Part shown: positions 16,952 to 25,464 of the stretch, in pieces
Numbering within the stretch: the stretch's first letter is position 1
How the letters are laid out: every line of letters begins with the position of its first letter
Assembly: GCA_964586355.1 (NCBI GenBank)
Contig: CAZPGO010000011.1
Span: 1 to 32,000, forward strand
Direction: 5' to 3'
Length of the DNA: 32,000 nt
From: an uncultured archaeon
GTDB lineage: Archaea; Iainarchaeota; Iainarchaeia; Iainarchaeales; CSSED10-239
The notes under the pieces: generated by a model
Seen by the model: the letters and a program-made list of their open reading frames with translations, nothing else
What the model was told of the DNA's origin: nothing
The model's database searches: none
Translations under genes and position numbers: made by a program

Positions 16952-18151
16952 CTAATTTTTTTTATTTGGAAGTATTGCATTTAATATTACTCCAACAACA
17001 CTACTAAGAGCAACACTTCCAAGACTAAAGGTGCCTCCAAAATTTATTATAGCCCCTCCAACTCCTAGAATTAACATTACAGATATTATTACCATATTTT
17101 TTGTTTTGTTAAGATCTACTTTTGAATCAATAATTGTTTTTATTCCAACAATAGTTATCATTCCAAATAAAAGAATCATAATACCTCCAAGAACAGCTTC
17201 TGGTATTGTTCTTAAAAAACCACTCATTTTTCCAATAAAGGATAATATTACCGCAGTAATTGCTGCAATTCTAAGGATCATAGGGTCTGTTATTTTTGTA
17301 AGAGTTATTGCACCAGTAACCTCTGAATATGTTGTAACTGGTGTTCCTCCAAACATACCTGAAAAAAAAGTAGCACACCCATCACCAAGTAAAGTTCTTT
17401 TTATTCCTGGATTTTTTACAAAATCTTTTTTTGCAACTTTGGAAATTGCATAAATATCCCCAATATGCTCAATTATTGGTGCTATTGCAACTGGTACTAA
17501 AAATAAAATAGCTGATAGATTAAATACTGGTGCACTAAATGCTGGTAATGAAAACCAAGGTGCGTTTATTATTGGAGAAAAATCTATTTTATTTAAAATA
17601 ATTGCTGTTAAATATCCTGCAATAATTCCAAAAAGGACAGGCAGTAATTTTATTGTTTTTTTACCAAAGATAGTTACAAAGATCGCAGTCATTAAAGAAA
17701 TACCAGCAAGAACCCAATTACTACTTGCCATTTCAACTCCAACTCCTGCAAGTGCTAAGCCTATGATCATAATTACTGGCCCTATTACTATTGATGGAAA
17801 TATTTTTTGAATAAATTCTATTCCTTTTTGTCTTACAATTAATGAGACCAACATATATGTAACACCAACACCCATAATCCCACAAAGAGCTCCAGAATAT
17901 CCATAAAGTTCTATGGCTTTAATAACTGGAGCAATAAAAACAAATGAACTTCCTAAAAATATAGGAACTTTTTTTTTTGTAATCATATGAAATATTAAAG
18001 TACCACACCCCGCAGTAAATAATGCGATTGATGGATCTATACCAACTAATAATGGCACTAATACGACAGCTCCAAAAGCCACACAAAGCATCTGTATTCC
18101 AAGAATTATTTTTTTAAAAAGAGATATGTTTTTTAGATCTTCAGTTTTCAT
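16952..18151 (-). CDS. NCS2-family nucleobase permease (uracil/xanthine permease-like)
   Basis: 399 aa with about 12 TM segments. NCS2-type motifs are present (GTLIFH...VPIFLGSSF, TTYSEVTGAITLTK). Confidence 0.8.
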   Translation of the reverse strand: MKTEDLKNISLFKKIILGIQMLCVAFGAVVLVPLLVGIDPSIALFTAGCGTLIFHMITKKKVPIFLGSSFVFIAPVIKAIELYGYSGALCGIMGVGVTYMLVSLIVRQKGIEFIQKIFPSIVIGPVIMIIGLALAGVGVEMASSNWVLAGISLMTAIFVTIFGKKTIKLLPVLFGIIAGYLTAIILNKIDFSPIINAPWFSLPAFSAPVFNLSAILFLVPVAIAPIIEHIGDIYAISKVAKKDFVKNPGIKRTLLGDGCATFFSGMFGGTPVTTYSEVTGAITLTKITDPMILRIAAITAVILSFIGKMSGFLRTIPEAVLGGIMILLFGMITIVGIKTIIDSKVDLNKTKNMVIISVMLILGVGGAIINFGGTFSLGSVALSSVVGVILNAILPNKKN

Positions 18152-18239
18152 AAATTAAAGTGTCTTTAAAAGAGTATATAAATATAATTGTTTTTAATAT
18201 ATATTATTTAACATAATAAAAAAAAGAGGATTTGATAAA

Positions 18240-18455
18240 ATGCCACCTAAGATACTAAAAACAGTAAAACTAAAAACAGCATCAAAAAAACCAATTGTTA
18301 GAGAAAAAAGAAAAGAAAATACATCGCCTAATCTACGAGGAGTTTCTGTAGAAGATGTTGAAAATTTTTTAAAAGAGAGAAACCGTCGTTTTTCAATTCA
18401 AAGAAAAAGATCTGAGATTACAGATTCTAAAAAAAGACAAAAGCAAAAATATTAA
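18240..18455 (+). CDS. Small highly basic hypothetical protein
   Basis: 71 aa, about 35% K/R. AGAGGA (SD-like) lies 9 nt upstream. I recognise no family. Confidence 0.45.
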   Translation: MPPKILKTVKLKTASKKPIVREKRKENTSPNLRGVSVEDVENFLKERNRRFSIQRKRSEITDSKKRQKQKY

Positions 18456-18472
18456 TTTATTTTTGTTTTTTT
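18456..18472 (+). terminator. Oligo-T tract after the small basic ORF
   Basis: TTTATTTTTGTTTTTTT immediately follows the stop. Confidence 0.35.
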
Positions 18473-18530
18473 AGAAATTTTAAAAAATTATAATCTATAT
18501 ATTATTAAAAAGAAAAAAATGAAGTCTGAT

Positions 18531-18734
18531 ATGCCTTTAAGATTAACCCCAAAAAAATGAGTAGAATAAAAAAAAGTATAATGGTAAAAAAAAAGTGTCA
18601 CAAATAATTCTAAAATAGCATTAAAAGGCATGATCCTTGAAGATGTAACTAAATTAATATTAGAACAGAAAAAAACATTAGATTCAGAAAAAAATGTTTT
18701 ATTATTTCCAAAACAAAGAATAAAAAAAAGATAA
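18531..18734 (+). pseudogene. Possible frameshifted tandem paralogue of the 18240-18455 basic protein
   Basis: Three frame pieces: MPLRLTPKK / MSRIKKSIMVKKK / ..NNSKIALKGMILEDVTKLILEQKKTLDS..KQRIKKR. They loosely parallel MPPKILKTVKLK...NTSPNLRGVSVEDVENFLKERNRRFS...KKRQKQKY. The frame changes fall at A7-A9 runs. Confidence 0.3.
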
Positions 18735-18769
18735 ATTATATTTTATATTTTTCTAAAACATGATTAAAT

Positions 18770-19951
18770 ATGAACATATTAGTAATTAATGCAGGCAGCA
18801 GTTCTTTAAAATTTCAATATATTAATCCCATCTCTCAAGATGTTTTAATTAAAGGACTTTATGATGGTCTAAATAGAAAAGATCACAAAGTAAAATTAAA
18901 ACTTACAATAAAGGATTCCAAAGAAACAGAAGAAAAAACAATTAAAAACCATTCAGCTATCGTTGATGATCTTTTATCAAAGTTAATTGAAAAAAAAATA
19001 ATCTCAGACTTTTCAGAAATAAAATACATTGGACACAGAGTTGTTCATGGAGCAGAAGATTATTCCCAGACAACAGAGATAACAGATTCTATGTTAAGAC
19101 ATCTAAAAGCAATTTCTTTTTTAGCACCTTTACATAATCCAGTAAATATTGAATATATAGAGATCTTAAAAGAAAAATTAAAAGATGCAAAACAATTTGC
19201 TGTATTTGACACCGCTTTTCATCAAACAATCCCTCCGGAAATCTATCTTTATGGTCTTCCAAAAGAGTTATATGATAAATATAAGATAAGAAAATATGGT
19301 TTTCATGGAATTAGTCATAAATATGTGTCCTATAAAGCAAGCGAATTATTAAATAAAGATTATAATTTATTAAAAATAGTTAATTGTCATTTAGGAAATG
19401 GTCAAAGCATTTGTGCTATTTTAAATGGAAAAAGTTTTGATACTTCTATGGGCTTTACTCCTTTAGATGGGCTTCCTATGGGTACTAGAAGTGGAAGCTT
19501 TGATCCTGAAATTATTCTTTTTCTTTTAGAGCGTGGTTATTCTAAAGAACAAATAAAAACTTTAATAAACAAGGAATCAGGGCTAGTAGGTATTAGTCAG
19601 ATAAGTGCAGATCACAGAAAAATTGAAGAGTTATCTATGGCTGGAGAGGTTAATGCAAAACTAGCTAATGATATTTTAGTTAAAAGAATAGTCTCTCTTA
19701 TAGGAAGTTATATTGCAGAAATGAATGGTGTCGATGTTATTGTTTTTACAGGAGGTATTGGAGAAAAATCTGCATATTTGAGAAAATTAGTTTTAGATCA
19801 TTTTAATTATCTAGAATTATTTTGTGATGATGAACCAAATTCTGCTCATGAAACAATAATTTCAAAACCAAATAGTAAAGTTAAAGTTATGGTAATTCCA
19901 ACTAATGAAGAATTACAGATCGCAAAAGAGGTTTATGATATTATAAAATAG
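18770..19951 (+). CDS. ackA: Acetate kinase
   Basis: 393 aa. Motifs: MNILVINAGSSSLKFQ N-terminus, GHRVVHG, FDTAFHQTIP, YGFHGISH, NCHLGNG, FTGGIGE, VIPTNEEL. Confidence 0.95.
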   Translation: MNILVINAGSSSLKFQYINPISQDVLIKGLYDGLNRKDHKVKLKLTIKDSKETEEKTIKNHSAIVDDLLSKLIEKKIISDFSEIKYIGHRVVHGAEDYSQTTEITDSMLRHLKAISFLAPLHNPVNIEYIEILKEKLKDAKQFAVFDTAFHQTIPPEIYLYGLPKELYDKYKIRKYGFHGISHKYVSYKASELLNKDYNLLKIVNCHLGNGQSICAILNGKSFDTSMGFTPLDGLPMGTRSGSFDPEIILFLLERGYSKEQIKTLINKESGLVGISQISADHRKIEELSMAGEVNAKLANDILVKRIVSLIGSYIAEMNGVDVIVFTGGIGEKSAYLRKLVLDHFNYLELFCDDEPNSAHETIISKPNSKVKVMVIPTNEELQIAKEVYDIIK

Positions 19952-22000
19952 TTATTTACTAAGTTCTTCTTGTCTTAGTAAACTATTCCATTTATTATCA
20001 ATATCTTCTTGAATAGATCTCAAAACCTCTTTATTTTTTTCCTTTAATACTTCTTTAAACTTTGTTTGTGTTTTTAAAAATTCTTCAATAGATATTCTGT
20101 TTTTTGGTTTATAGTTAATAGTTAATTTTCCATCCTCATATTCATAAAGAGGCCAGAAATTACTTTCTGTTGCAAGTTTACTGATAGCAATTGTTTGTGA
20201 TGGATCTGCTTTCATATTTGTTGGACACGCAGCATATGCAATTAGAACTGCTGGGCCTTTTTTTTCAAAGGCTTTTTTTGCTTTGTTATACATATCTATT
20301 TGGTTATAAGGATTTACTTGAGCAACATAAGGGATATTGTGAGCAATTGCTATTTGGGTTAGATCTTTATTATACTCTATTTTACCATAAGAATTTACTC
20401 CAGATGGAGTTGTACTTGTTGATGCTCCTTTTGGTGTGGCTGATGATCTTTGATTCCCGGTATTATGAACTACAATTCCATCTGCAATAAAATTATGTTC
20501 TCCTTCAACTCTTAAATCAAAAGTTTTTTCTTTGCCAATTTCTTTAATGTTTTTTATAATTTCAGTATCAAAATTTTTATTTCCAATTAAAAAGTTTTGG
20601 TATTTATATTGAGTAGGATATTTTTCAATATTCCAAGGATATTTTTTACTAAAACATATGCTATAATATTTACTATCTTTTAATAACGGACGATAAACCA
20701 CAAATGTGCCTTTTTCTCTTTTTTGAATTGTTATTTTTCCAACTCTGTAATCTAATGTTTGTAATAATAATCTTAATCTTAAAATAAGTTCTTTACTTGC
20801 CGAAAGATATCTACAACTGTCTTTTTTTTTTTTTTTATAAATATACCCATCAGATAATAATAATCCTTCAATAAACGCTTCTTTTTGATCGTCAGGAATT
20901 GTATAGACCCAAGACGGAATTATTTTGTTTTTTGCACCGTGTTTAAATCCTAATGATTCAATAAATTTAGCAATATTTACTGAATATAGGTAAATATATA
21001 TTTTATCTGTTTTTATTTGTTTTAATTTAAATATTTTTTCACATGCTTTGATACATTTATCCCTACCAACTGTGCCTTCTGGTAATGCAAATCCAATTTC
21101 TCCTTTTTCTGTTCTAGACCAACCATCGCCAATATAAAGTCCTAAAAATAGCATTAAATCTTTGGTTGATTTTATAGGTATTTTAACATTATTTATACAA
21201 TTAACTTTGTAATCTCCTTTTTTTACAAGTTTTATTTTTTCAAAAGTAAAAGCTTTTTTCCCTTCTAATTTTTTTAAAGTAATAACTTGATCTCCTTTTT
21301 TTAATTCCGTAAGTGTTTTCCAAAATAATGTGTTTGGTTTGCCTCTAGGCTTTTTATCAACAATTAAAAAAGGATGATTTCCTGTTGCTTTAATATTGTG
21401 GTGAAATGTTTCAATTTCATACACTTTTTTAACGCCATTATTAAAAACGCCACTACAGTTTTTAAGAACCAATTTATGAGTTTTTTGATCAAAAGCATAA
21501 ACTTTTTCACCTACAATAATTTCTGAAACTTTTTTTAATCCATTTTCTGTATAAATTAATGAATCTTTGCTTAAACAATTCATATACCCTTCGTTTGTGT
21601 AACAAAGATAAACAAAATTATGTCCCCTCTCCAGAGCTCCAGACAATGCGGATAAGCCAATATCAAATGATCCGCCGTCTCCTGCAATTACCAAAAAATT
21701 TATGTCTTTTTTTATTTTCCCTTTTTTCTTTAATGCCAAATAAGCCTTTTCCACTCCAGAAATTGTTGCAGCAGAATTTGCAAATGCAGAATGAATCCAA
21801 GGCATATTCCAAGAAGTTTGTGGGTAGATTGTTGTTGTTACTTCTGCACATGATGTTGCACTCGAAACAACAACAGGATCATCACTAGCACTAGCAACAG
21901 TTCTAGAGATTATTCCTATAGGGCACCCTGAGCAGGTTCTATGTCCTGACACCATCACATTTTTTTTTTCTATTCTTTCTGCAAGTTCTTTTATATTCAT
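19952..22000 (-). CDS. porB: Pyruvate:ferredoxin oxidoreductase beta (TPP-binding) subunit, interrupted by an in-frame intein
   Basis: N-extein (141 aa) has the CSGC Fe-S/TPP region and GDGGSFDIG...NEGYMN. C-extein (169 aa) starts TGNQRSSATPKGASTSTTP. Joined exteins total about 310 aa, the normal PorB size. It is the last gene of the porG-D-A-B order. Confidence 0.9.
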   Translation of the reverse strand: MNIKELAERIEKKNVMVSGHRTCSGCPIGIISRTVASASDDPVVVSSATSCAEVTTTIYPQTSWNMPWIHSAFANSAATISGVEKAYLALKKKGKIKKDINFLVIAGDGGSFDIGLSALSGALERGHNFVYLCYTNEGYMNCLSKDSLIYTENGLKKVSEIIVGEKVYAFDQKTHKLVLKNCSGVFNNGVKKVYEIETFHHNIKATGNHPFLIVDKKPRGKPNTLFWKTLTELKKGDQVITLKKLEGKKAFTFEKIKLVKKGDYKVNCINNVKIPIKSTKDLMLFLGLYIGDGWSRTEKGEIGFALPEGTVGRDKCIKACEKIFKLKQIKTDKIYIYLYSVNIAKFIESLGFKHGAKNKIIPSWVYTIPDDQKEAFIEGLLLSDGYIYKKKKKDSCRYLSASKELILRLRLLLQTLDYRVGKITIQKREKGTFVVYRPLLKDSKYYSICFSKKYPWNIEKYPTQYKYQNFLIGNKNFDTEIIKNIKEIGKEKTFDLRVEGEHNFIADGIVVHNTGNQRSSATPKGASTSTTPSGVNSYGKIEYNKDLTQIAIAHNIPYVAQVNPYNQIDMYNKAKKAFEKKGPAVLIAYAACPTNMKADPSQTIAISKLATESNFWPLYEYEDGKLTINYKPKNRISIEEFLKTQTKFKEVLKEKNKEVLRSIQEDIDNKWNSLLRQEELSK
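20462..21577 (-). mobile_element. Intein (372 aa) with LAGLIDADG homing-endonuclease domain inside porB
   Basis: Cys1 (TGT at 21575-21577; CLSKDSLI, block A). TGNHPF (block B, TxxH). LAGLIDADG motifs LGLYIGDGW and FIEGLLLSDGYI. C-terminal FDLRVEGEHNFIADGIVVHN (blocks F/G) is followed by Thr+1 (ACC at 20459-20461). Confidence 0.9.
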
Positions 22001-22006
22001 AAATAA

Positions 22007-23173
22007 TCATTCTTTTATTCCAACATATCTTTTTTCTTTTGGTTTATTATCTATTACAGAGACTAAAAGGTCTTCAATATTTTTTTGAGTAATCTCCCGT
22101 CCACCAAGACCAAAAACATAAGATCTTATTTTTGGTTTGTTTTTTAGATGGTTATAAGCAGTTAATAAAATATCCTTGTAGATTGGAGAATTAGATCCTG
22201 GACCTTCACTTCTTTCAAGTACAACAATATTTTCTGCATTTTCTAAAGCTTTAGAATATTCTTCATATAAAAATGGTCTGTAAAGTATTGGTCTTAATAG
22301 TCCTACAGATCTATTTTCTTTTCTTAATTTATCTATAACATCTTTGCTACTCTCAGCAGTTGAGCTTAAAGTAATTAATACCGTTTTAGATTCTTTTGCA
22401 TAATACTCTTCATAAAAATTAATCTCTTTATCAAATATTTCTTTAAACTCTTTAGAGATCTTTTGGTAATTTTCTTTAACTTTTAAAAAAGCATCAAACA
22501 TTCCTTTTCTTATTTCAAAGTAACTATCCTGAAGTGCAAGTGCTCCAACTGTTATTGGATTATCTGTGTCTAACAAACTATAGCTAGGAGAAAACTCTCC
22601 AATAAATTTTTTAACCAAAATATCATCATATGTGTCAAGATTTTCAAGATTGTGACTTGTAAAAAAACCATCAATACAAACCATTATTGGTAAATAAACA
22701 GATTCTGCTAGTCTTAAACCAAATAATGTCATATCATAAGCTTCTTGAGCATTTTGGCAATAAACTTGCATCCATCCTTGATCTATTGCTGACATGCTAT
22801 CTGAATGATCACAATGTATGTTAATTGGTGCGGATATTGCTCTGTTTGCTACAGGCATAACAATTGGTAATCTTAGACCAGACGCAATTCCTAATGCTTC
22901 AAACATATAGAGTAATCCTTGAGAAGCTGTTGCTGTTACTGCTCTAGATCCTGCAGCTGATGCACCGATAGCTGCTGATAATGCTGAGTGCTCTGATTCT
23001 GTTCTTATAATTTCTGTATTAACTAATCCGTTTGCCTGATATTTTGAAAAGGTTTCTATTATTGGTGTTTGTGGTGTTATAGGATACATTGGAAATACAT
23101 CAGGATCTATTTGTTTTAGAGCATAAGCTATTGCTTCTCCGCCTGTCATTGCTGTTTTATTTTTTTTACTCAT
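22007..23173 (-). CDS. porA: Pyruvate:ferredoxin oxidoreductase alpha subunit
   Basis: 388 aa. MTGGEAIAYA..., YPITPQT and SEHSA motifs are typical of 2-oxoacid:ferredoxin oxidoreductase alpha. It overlaps porD by 8 nt. Confidence 0.9.
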   Translation of the reverse strand: MSKKNKTAMTGGEAIAYALKQIDPDVFPMYPITPQTPIIETFSKYQANGLVNTEIIRTESEHSALSAAIGASAAGSRAVTATASQGLLYMFEALGIASGLRLPIVMPVANRAISAPINIHCDHSDSMSAIDQGWMQVYCQNAQEAYDMTLFGLRLAESVYLPIMVCIDGFFTSHNLENLDTYDDILVKKFIGEFSPSYSLLDTDNPITVGALALQDSYFEIRKGMFDAFLKVKENYQKISKEFKEIFDKEINFYEEYYAKESKTVLITLSSTAESSKDVIDKLRKENRSVGLLRPILYRPFLYEEYSKALENAENIVVLERSEGPGSNSPIYKDILLTAYNHLKNKPKIRSYVFGLGGREITQKNIEDLLVSVIDNKPKEKRYVGIKE

Positions 23174-23450
23174 CTTCTTCCTCTTTAACCATTTTTATTG
23201 CTTTAACAGGGCAAATATTTGCACATATTCCACAACCTTTACAATAATCTAATTTTGTTTTGTCTCTTTTAATATTTCCATCTTTGTCTTTTTTAAACAT
23301 TATTGCTTTTTCTGGGCAAGCATTATAACAAAGCATACAATGAATACATTTTTTTTCATCCCAAACAGGTTTTTGTGATCTCCAAGATCCTGTTTTGTTT
23401 TCTAATGATGTTTTTGCTGGTAATACTCCTGCAATTTTTTTAGATTTCAT
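23166..23450 (-). CDS. porD: Pyruvate:ferredoxin oxidoreductase delta subunit (2x[4Fe-4S] ferredoxin-like)
   Basis: 94 aa with two CxxCxxCxxxCP motifs (CIHCMLCYNACP, CKGCGICANICP). Confidence 0.9.
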   Translation of the reverse strand: MKSKKIAGVLPAKTSLENKTGSWRSQKPVWDEKKCIHCMLCYNACPEKAIMFKKDKDGNIKRDKTKLDYCKGCGICANICPVKAIKMVKEEEDE

Positions 23451-23465
23451 GTTTTTTTCCTATTT

Positions 23466-24008
23466 TTAATAATTATAACCTTTTTCTAGGCATTTTATAT
23501 TTGGTTCTATAACTTCCAACTTGCCTTTTTTTTCAAACTCTTTTTTTATAATGTTTTTTACTGAGTCTAATGTCACTATGTTTGTTATTTTTATTAATAC
23601 TCCAATTAGCACCGTGCTAGGATTATTAATTTTAATCAGTTCTTGAGAGATGCTAGATCCATCAATAGTATAGATCTCTTTATTTTTTAGATCTTTAAAA
23701 TTTTCTTTTTGTTTAGTGGTGTTAATAATGTATGTTGAATCAAAATCTTTTAATGTAGAAATATTATTAAATAATTTATCATCTAAAACCATAACTACAT
23801 CAGGATTAGAGATCGGCTCATGTATTCTTATTGGTTTATCTGATATTCTTACAAAAGATCTAACAGGAGCACCTCTTCTCTCTGGCCCATATTCAGGGAA
23901 TGCTTGAATGTATTTTCCATCAATTAAAGCCGATTCTGCAATTAGTTGTGCACAAGTTTTTGCTCCTTGTCCCCCTCTACCATAAACGATTATTTCAAAG
24001 TCTTTCAT
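23466..24008 (-). CDS. porG: Pyruvate:ferredoxin oxidoreductase gamma subunit
   Basis: 180 aa. GRGGQGAKT...PEYGPERRGAP is the signature of the gamma subunit. Confidence 0.9.
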   Translation of the reverse strand: MKDFEIIVYGRGGQGAKTCAQLIAESALIDGKYIQAFPEYGPERRGAPVRSFVRISDKPIRIHEPISNPDVVMVLDDKLFNNISTLKDFDSTYIINTTKQKENFKDLKNKEIYTIDGSSISQELIKINNPSTVLIGVLIKITNIVTLDSVKNIIKKEFEKKGKLEVIEPNIKCLEKGYNY

Positions 24009-24124
24009 GTTTCTTCTCTTTTTTTTATAAATTAGTATTTATAATATATTATAAAAGGTTTTATATATTTATTTAATAACAAATAATATAACCAACAAAC
24101 TATTTTAAAGCTTGTGAAACAAAC

Positions 24125-25456
24125 ATGAAAGATCTAAACAAATTTTTTAATCCAAAAAGTATTGCAATAATTGGTGCTTCTGAAAAAGAAGGGTCTGTTG
24201 GAAGAACAGTTGTTAAAAATTTAGAATATTTTTCTGGAAATAAATTTTATGTTAATCCAGGACACGATAAAATTTTTAATAAAAAAGCTTACAAATCAAT
24301 AATAGAGATAAAAGATGTAGATCTTGCAATTGTTGTAACCCCTGCAAAAGCAGTTTTATCAGTTATTCACGAAATTTCAAAAACCAATTGTAAGAACATC
24401 TTAATGATTACTGCTGGTTTTGATGAGATTGGAAATAGTAATTTGTCTTTAGAGATAAAAAAAATTTTAGATAAAAATAGAATAAATCTTATTGGTCCAA
24501 ATTGTTTAGGAATACTAAATCTAGAAAATAACTTAGATGCAACTTTTAATTCTAGAGAAAAAATAGATCTTCCAAAACCAGGCAATGTTTCAATAATCTC
24601 TCAATCTGGGGCACTAGGTGTTGCTTTACTTGATCTTTCTAGTTATGAGAATCTAAATATTAACAAATTTATTTCATATGGTAATGCCTTAGATGTTGAT
24701 GAGTCAGATCTTTTGGAATTTCTTGGACAAGATAAAAAAACAGATGTTATTCTTTGTTATATTGAAGGAATTAAAGATGGAAATAAGTTTTTAAGAGTTT
24801 TAAAAAACATAACAAAAACAAAAAAAGTAATTATTCTTAAGGGCGGAGTAAGTCAAAAAGGAACAACAGCAGTAAAAAGTCACACAGCTGCAATTGCAGG
24901 ATCTAGTGAAGTTTTCTTTTCAGCTATTGATCAGTTTGGAGCGTATTCTGTTGATTCTATAAAAGATCTTTTTAATCTTGCAAAAGTTTTTTCAAAATAT
25001 AAAAACCAAGAAATAAAAAATATTCAAATAATTACTAATGGCGGTGGTTTTGGTGTTTTGACTACTGATCAATTAGATCTAAATAATATTTCTCTTTCTT
25101 CTCTAGGTGTTGAAACCATAAAAAAAATAAAAAAAATAGTTCCAGAATATGCAGTAATAAGAAATCCAATTGATTTAACTGGAGATGCTGATAATAAAAG
25201 ATTTATTAATACCATTAAATTTTGTTTAGAGGACAAATCTGTTTCAGCAATTGCTCTTTTAATATTATTTCAATTGCCAGCAATTGATGAATCCATTATT
25301 ACAGATCTAAAAAAACTTAATTCAAAAAAACCTATTTTTGTTCTTGCAATTGGTGGTAAGAAAACAAAAGATATAATTTATAAAATAGAACAAAATGGAT
25401 TTGTTTGTTTTAGTGACCCAAAAGAGCTTGCAAGAACTTTATCAATAATACCATAA
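24125..25456 (+). CDS. acdA: Acetyl-CoA synthetase (ADP-forming) alpha subunit / CoA-binding, succinyl-CoA-synthetase-like
   Basis: 443 aa. FNPKSIAIIGASEKEGSVG (CoA-binding Rossmann), IGPNCLGI, and the phosphohistidine loop KSHTAAIAGS. No ATP-grasp (beta) domain is fused or adjacent. Confidence 0.85.
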   Translation: MKDLNKFFNPKSIAIIGASEKEGSVGRTVVKNLEYFSGNKFYVNPGHDKIFNKKAYKSIIEIKDVDLAIVVTPAKAVLSVIHEISKTNCKNILMITAGFDEIGNSNLSLEIKKILDKNRINLIGPNCLGILNLENNLDATFNSREKIDLPKPGNVSIISQSGALGVALLDLSSYENLNINKFISYGNALDVDESDLLEFLGQDKKTDVILCYIEGIKDGNKFLRVLKNITKTKKVIILKGGVSQKGTTAVKSHTAAIAGSSEVFFSAIDQFGAYSVDSIKDLFNLAKVFSKYKNQEIKNIQIITNGGGFGVLTTDQLDLNNISLSSLGVETIKKIKKIVPEYAVIRNPIDLTGDADNKRFINTIKFCLEDKSVSAIALLILFQLPAIDESIITDLKKLNSKKPIFVLAIGGKKTKDIIYKIEQNGFVCFSDPKELARTLSIIP

Positions 25457-25464
25457 AGATTTTT

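Noticed and set aside
17031-17453. ORFs lying antisense or out of frame within longer, well-supported genes: 2402-2614, 4824-5024, 9192-9410, 10182-10382, 13109-13351, 16255-16485, 16786-16980, 17031-17453, 20191-20490, 21559-21888, 21663-21851, 23716-23907, 24367-24585, 27672-27884, 28699-29046, 29335-29541, 30688-30951
   Set aside because: Each lies entirely inside or opposite a longer ORF with clear family motifs. Their translations are low-complexity (L/I/F/K-rich), as expected for the reverse strand of AT-rich coding DNA. None has a recognisable motif.
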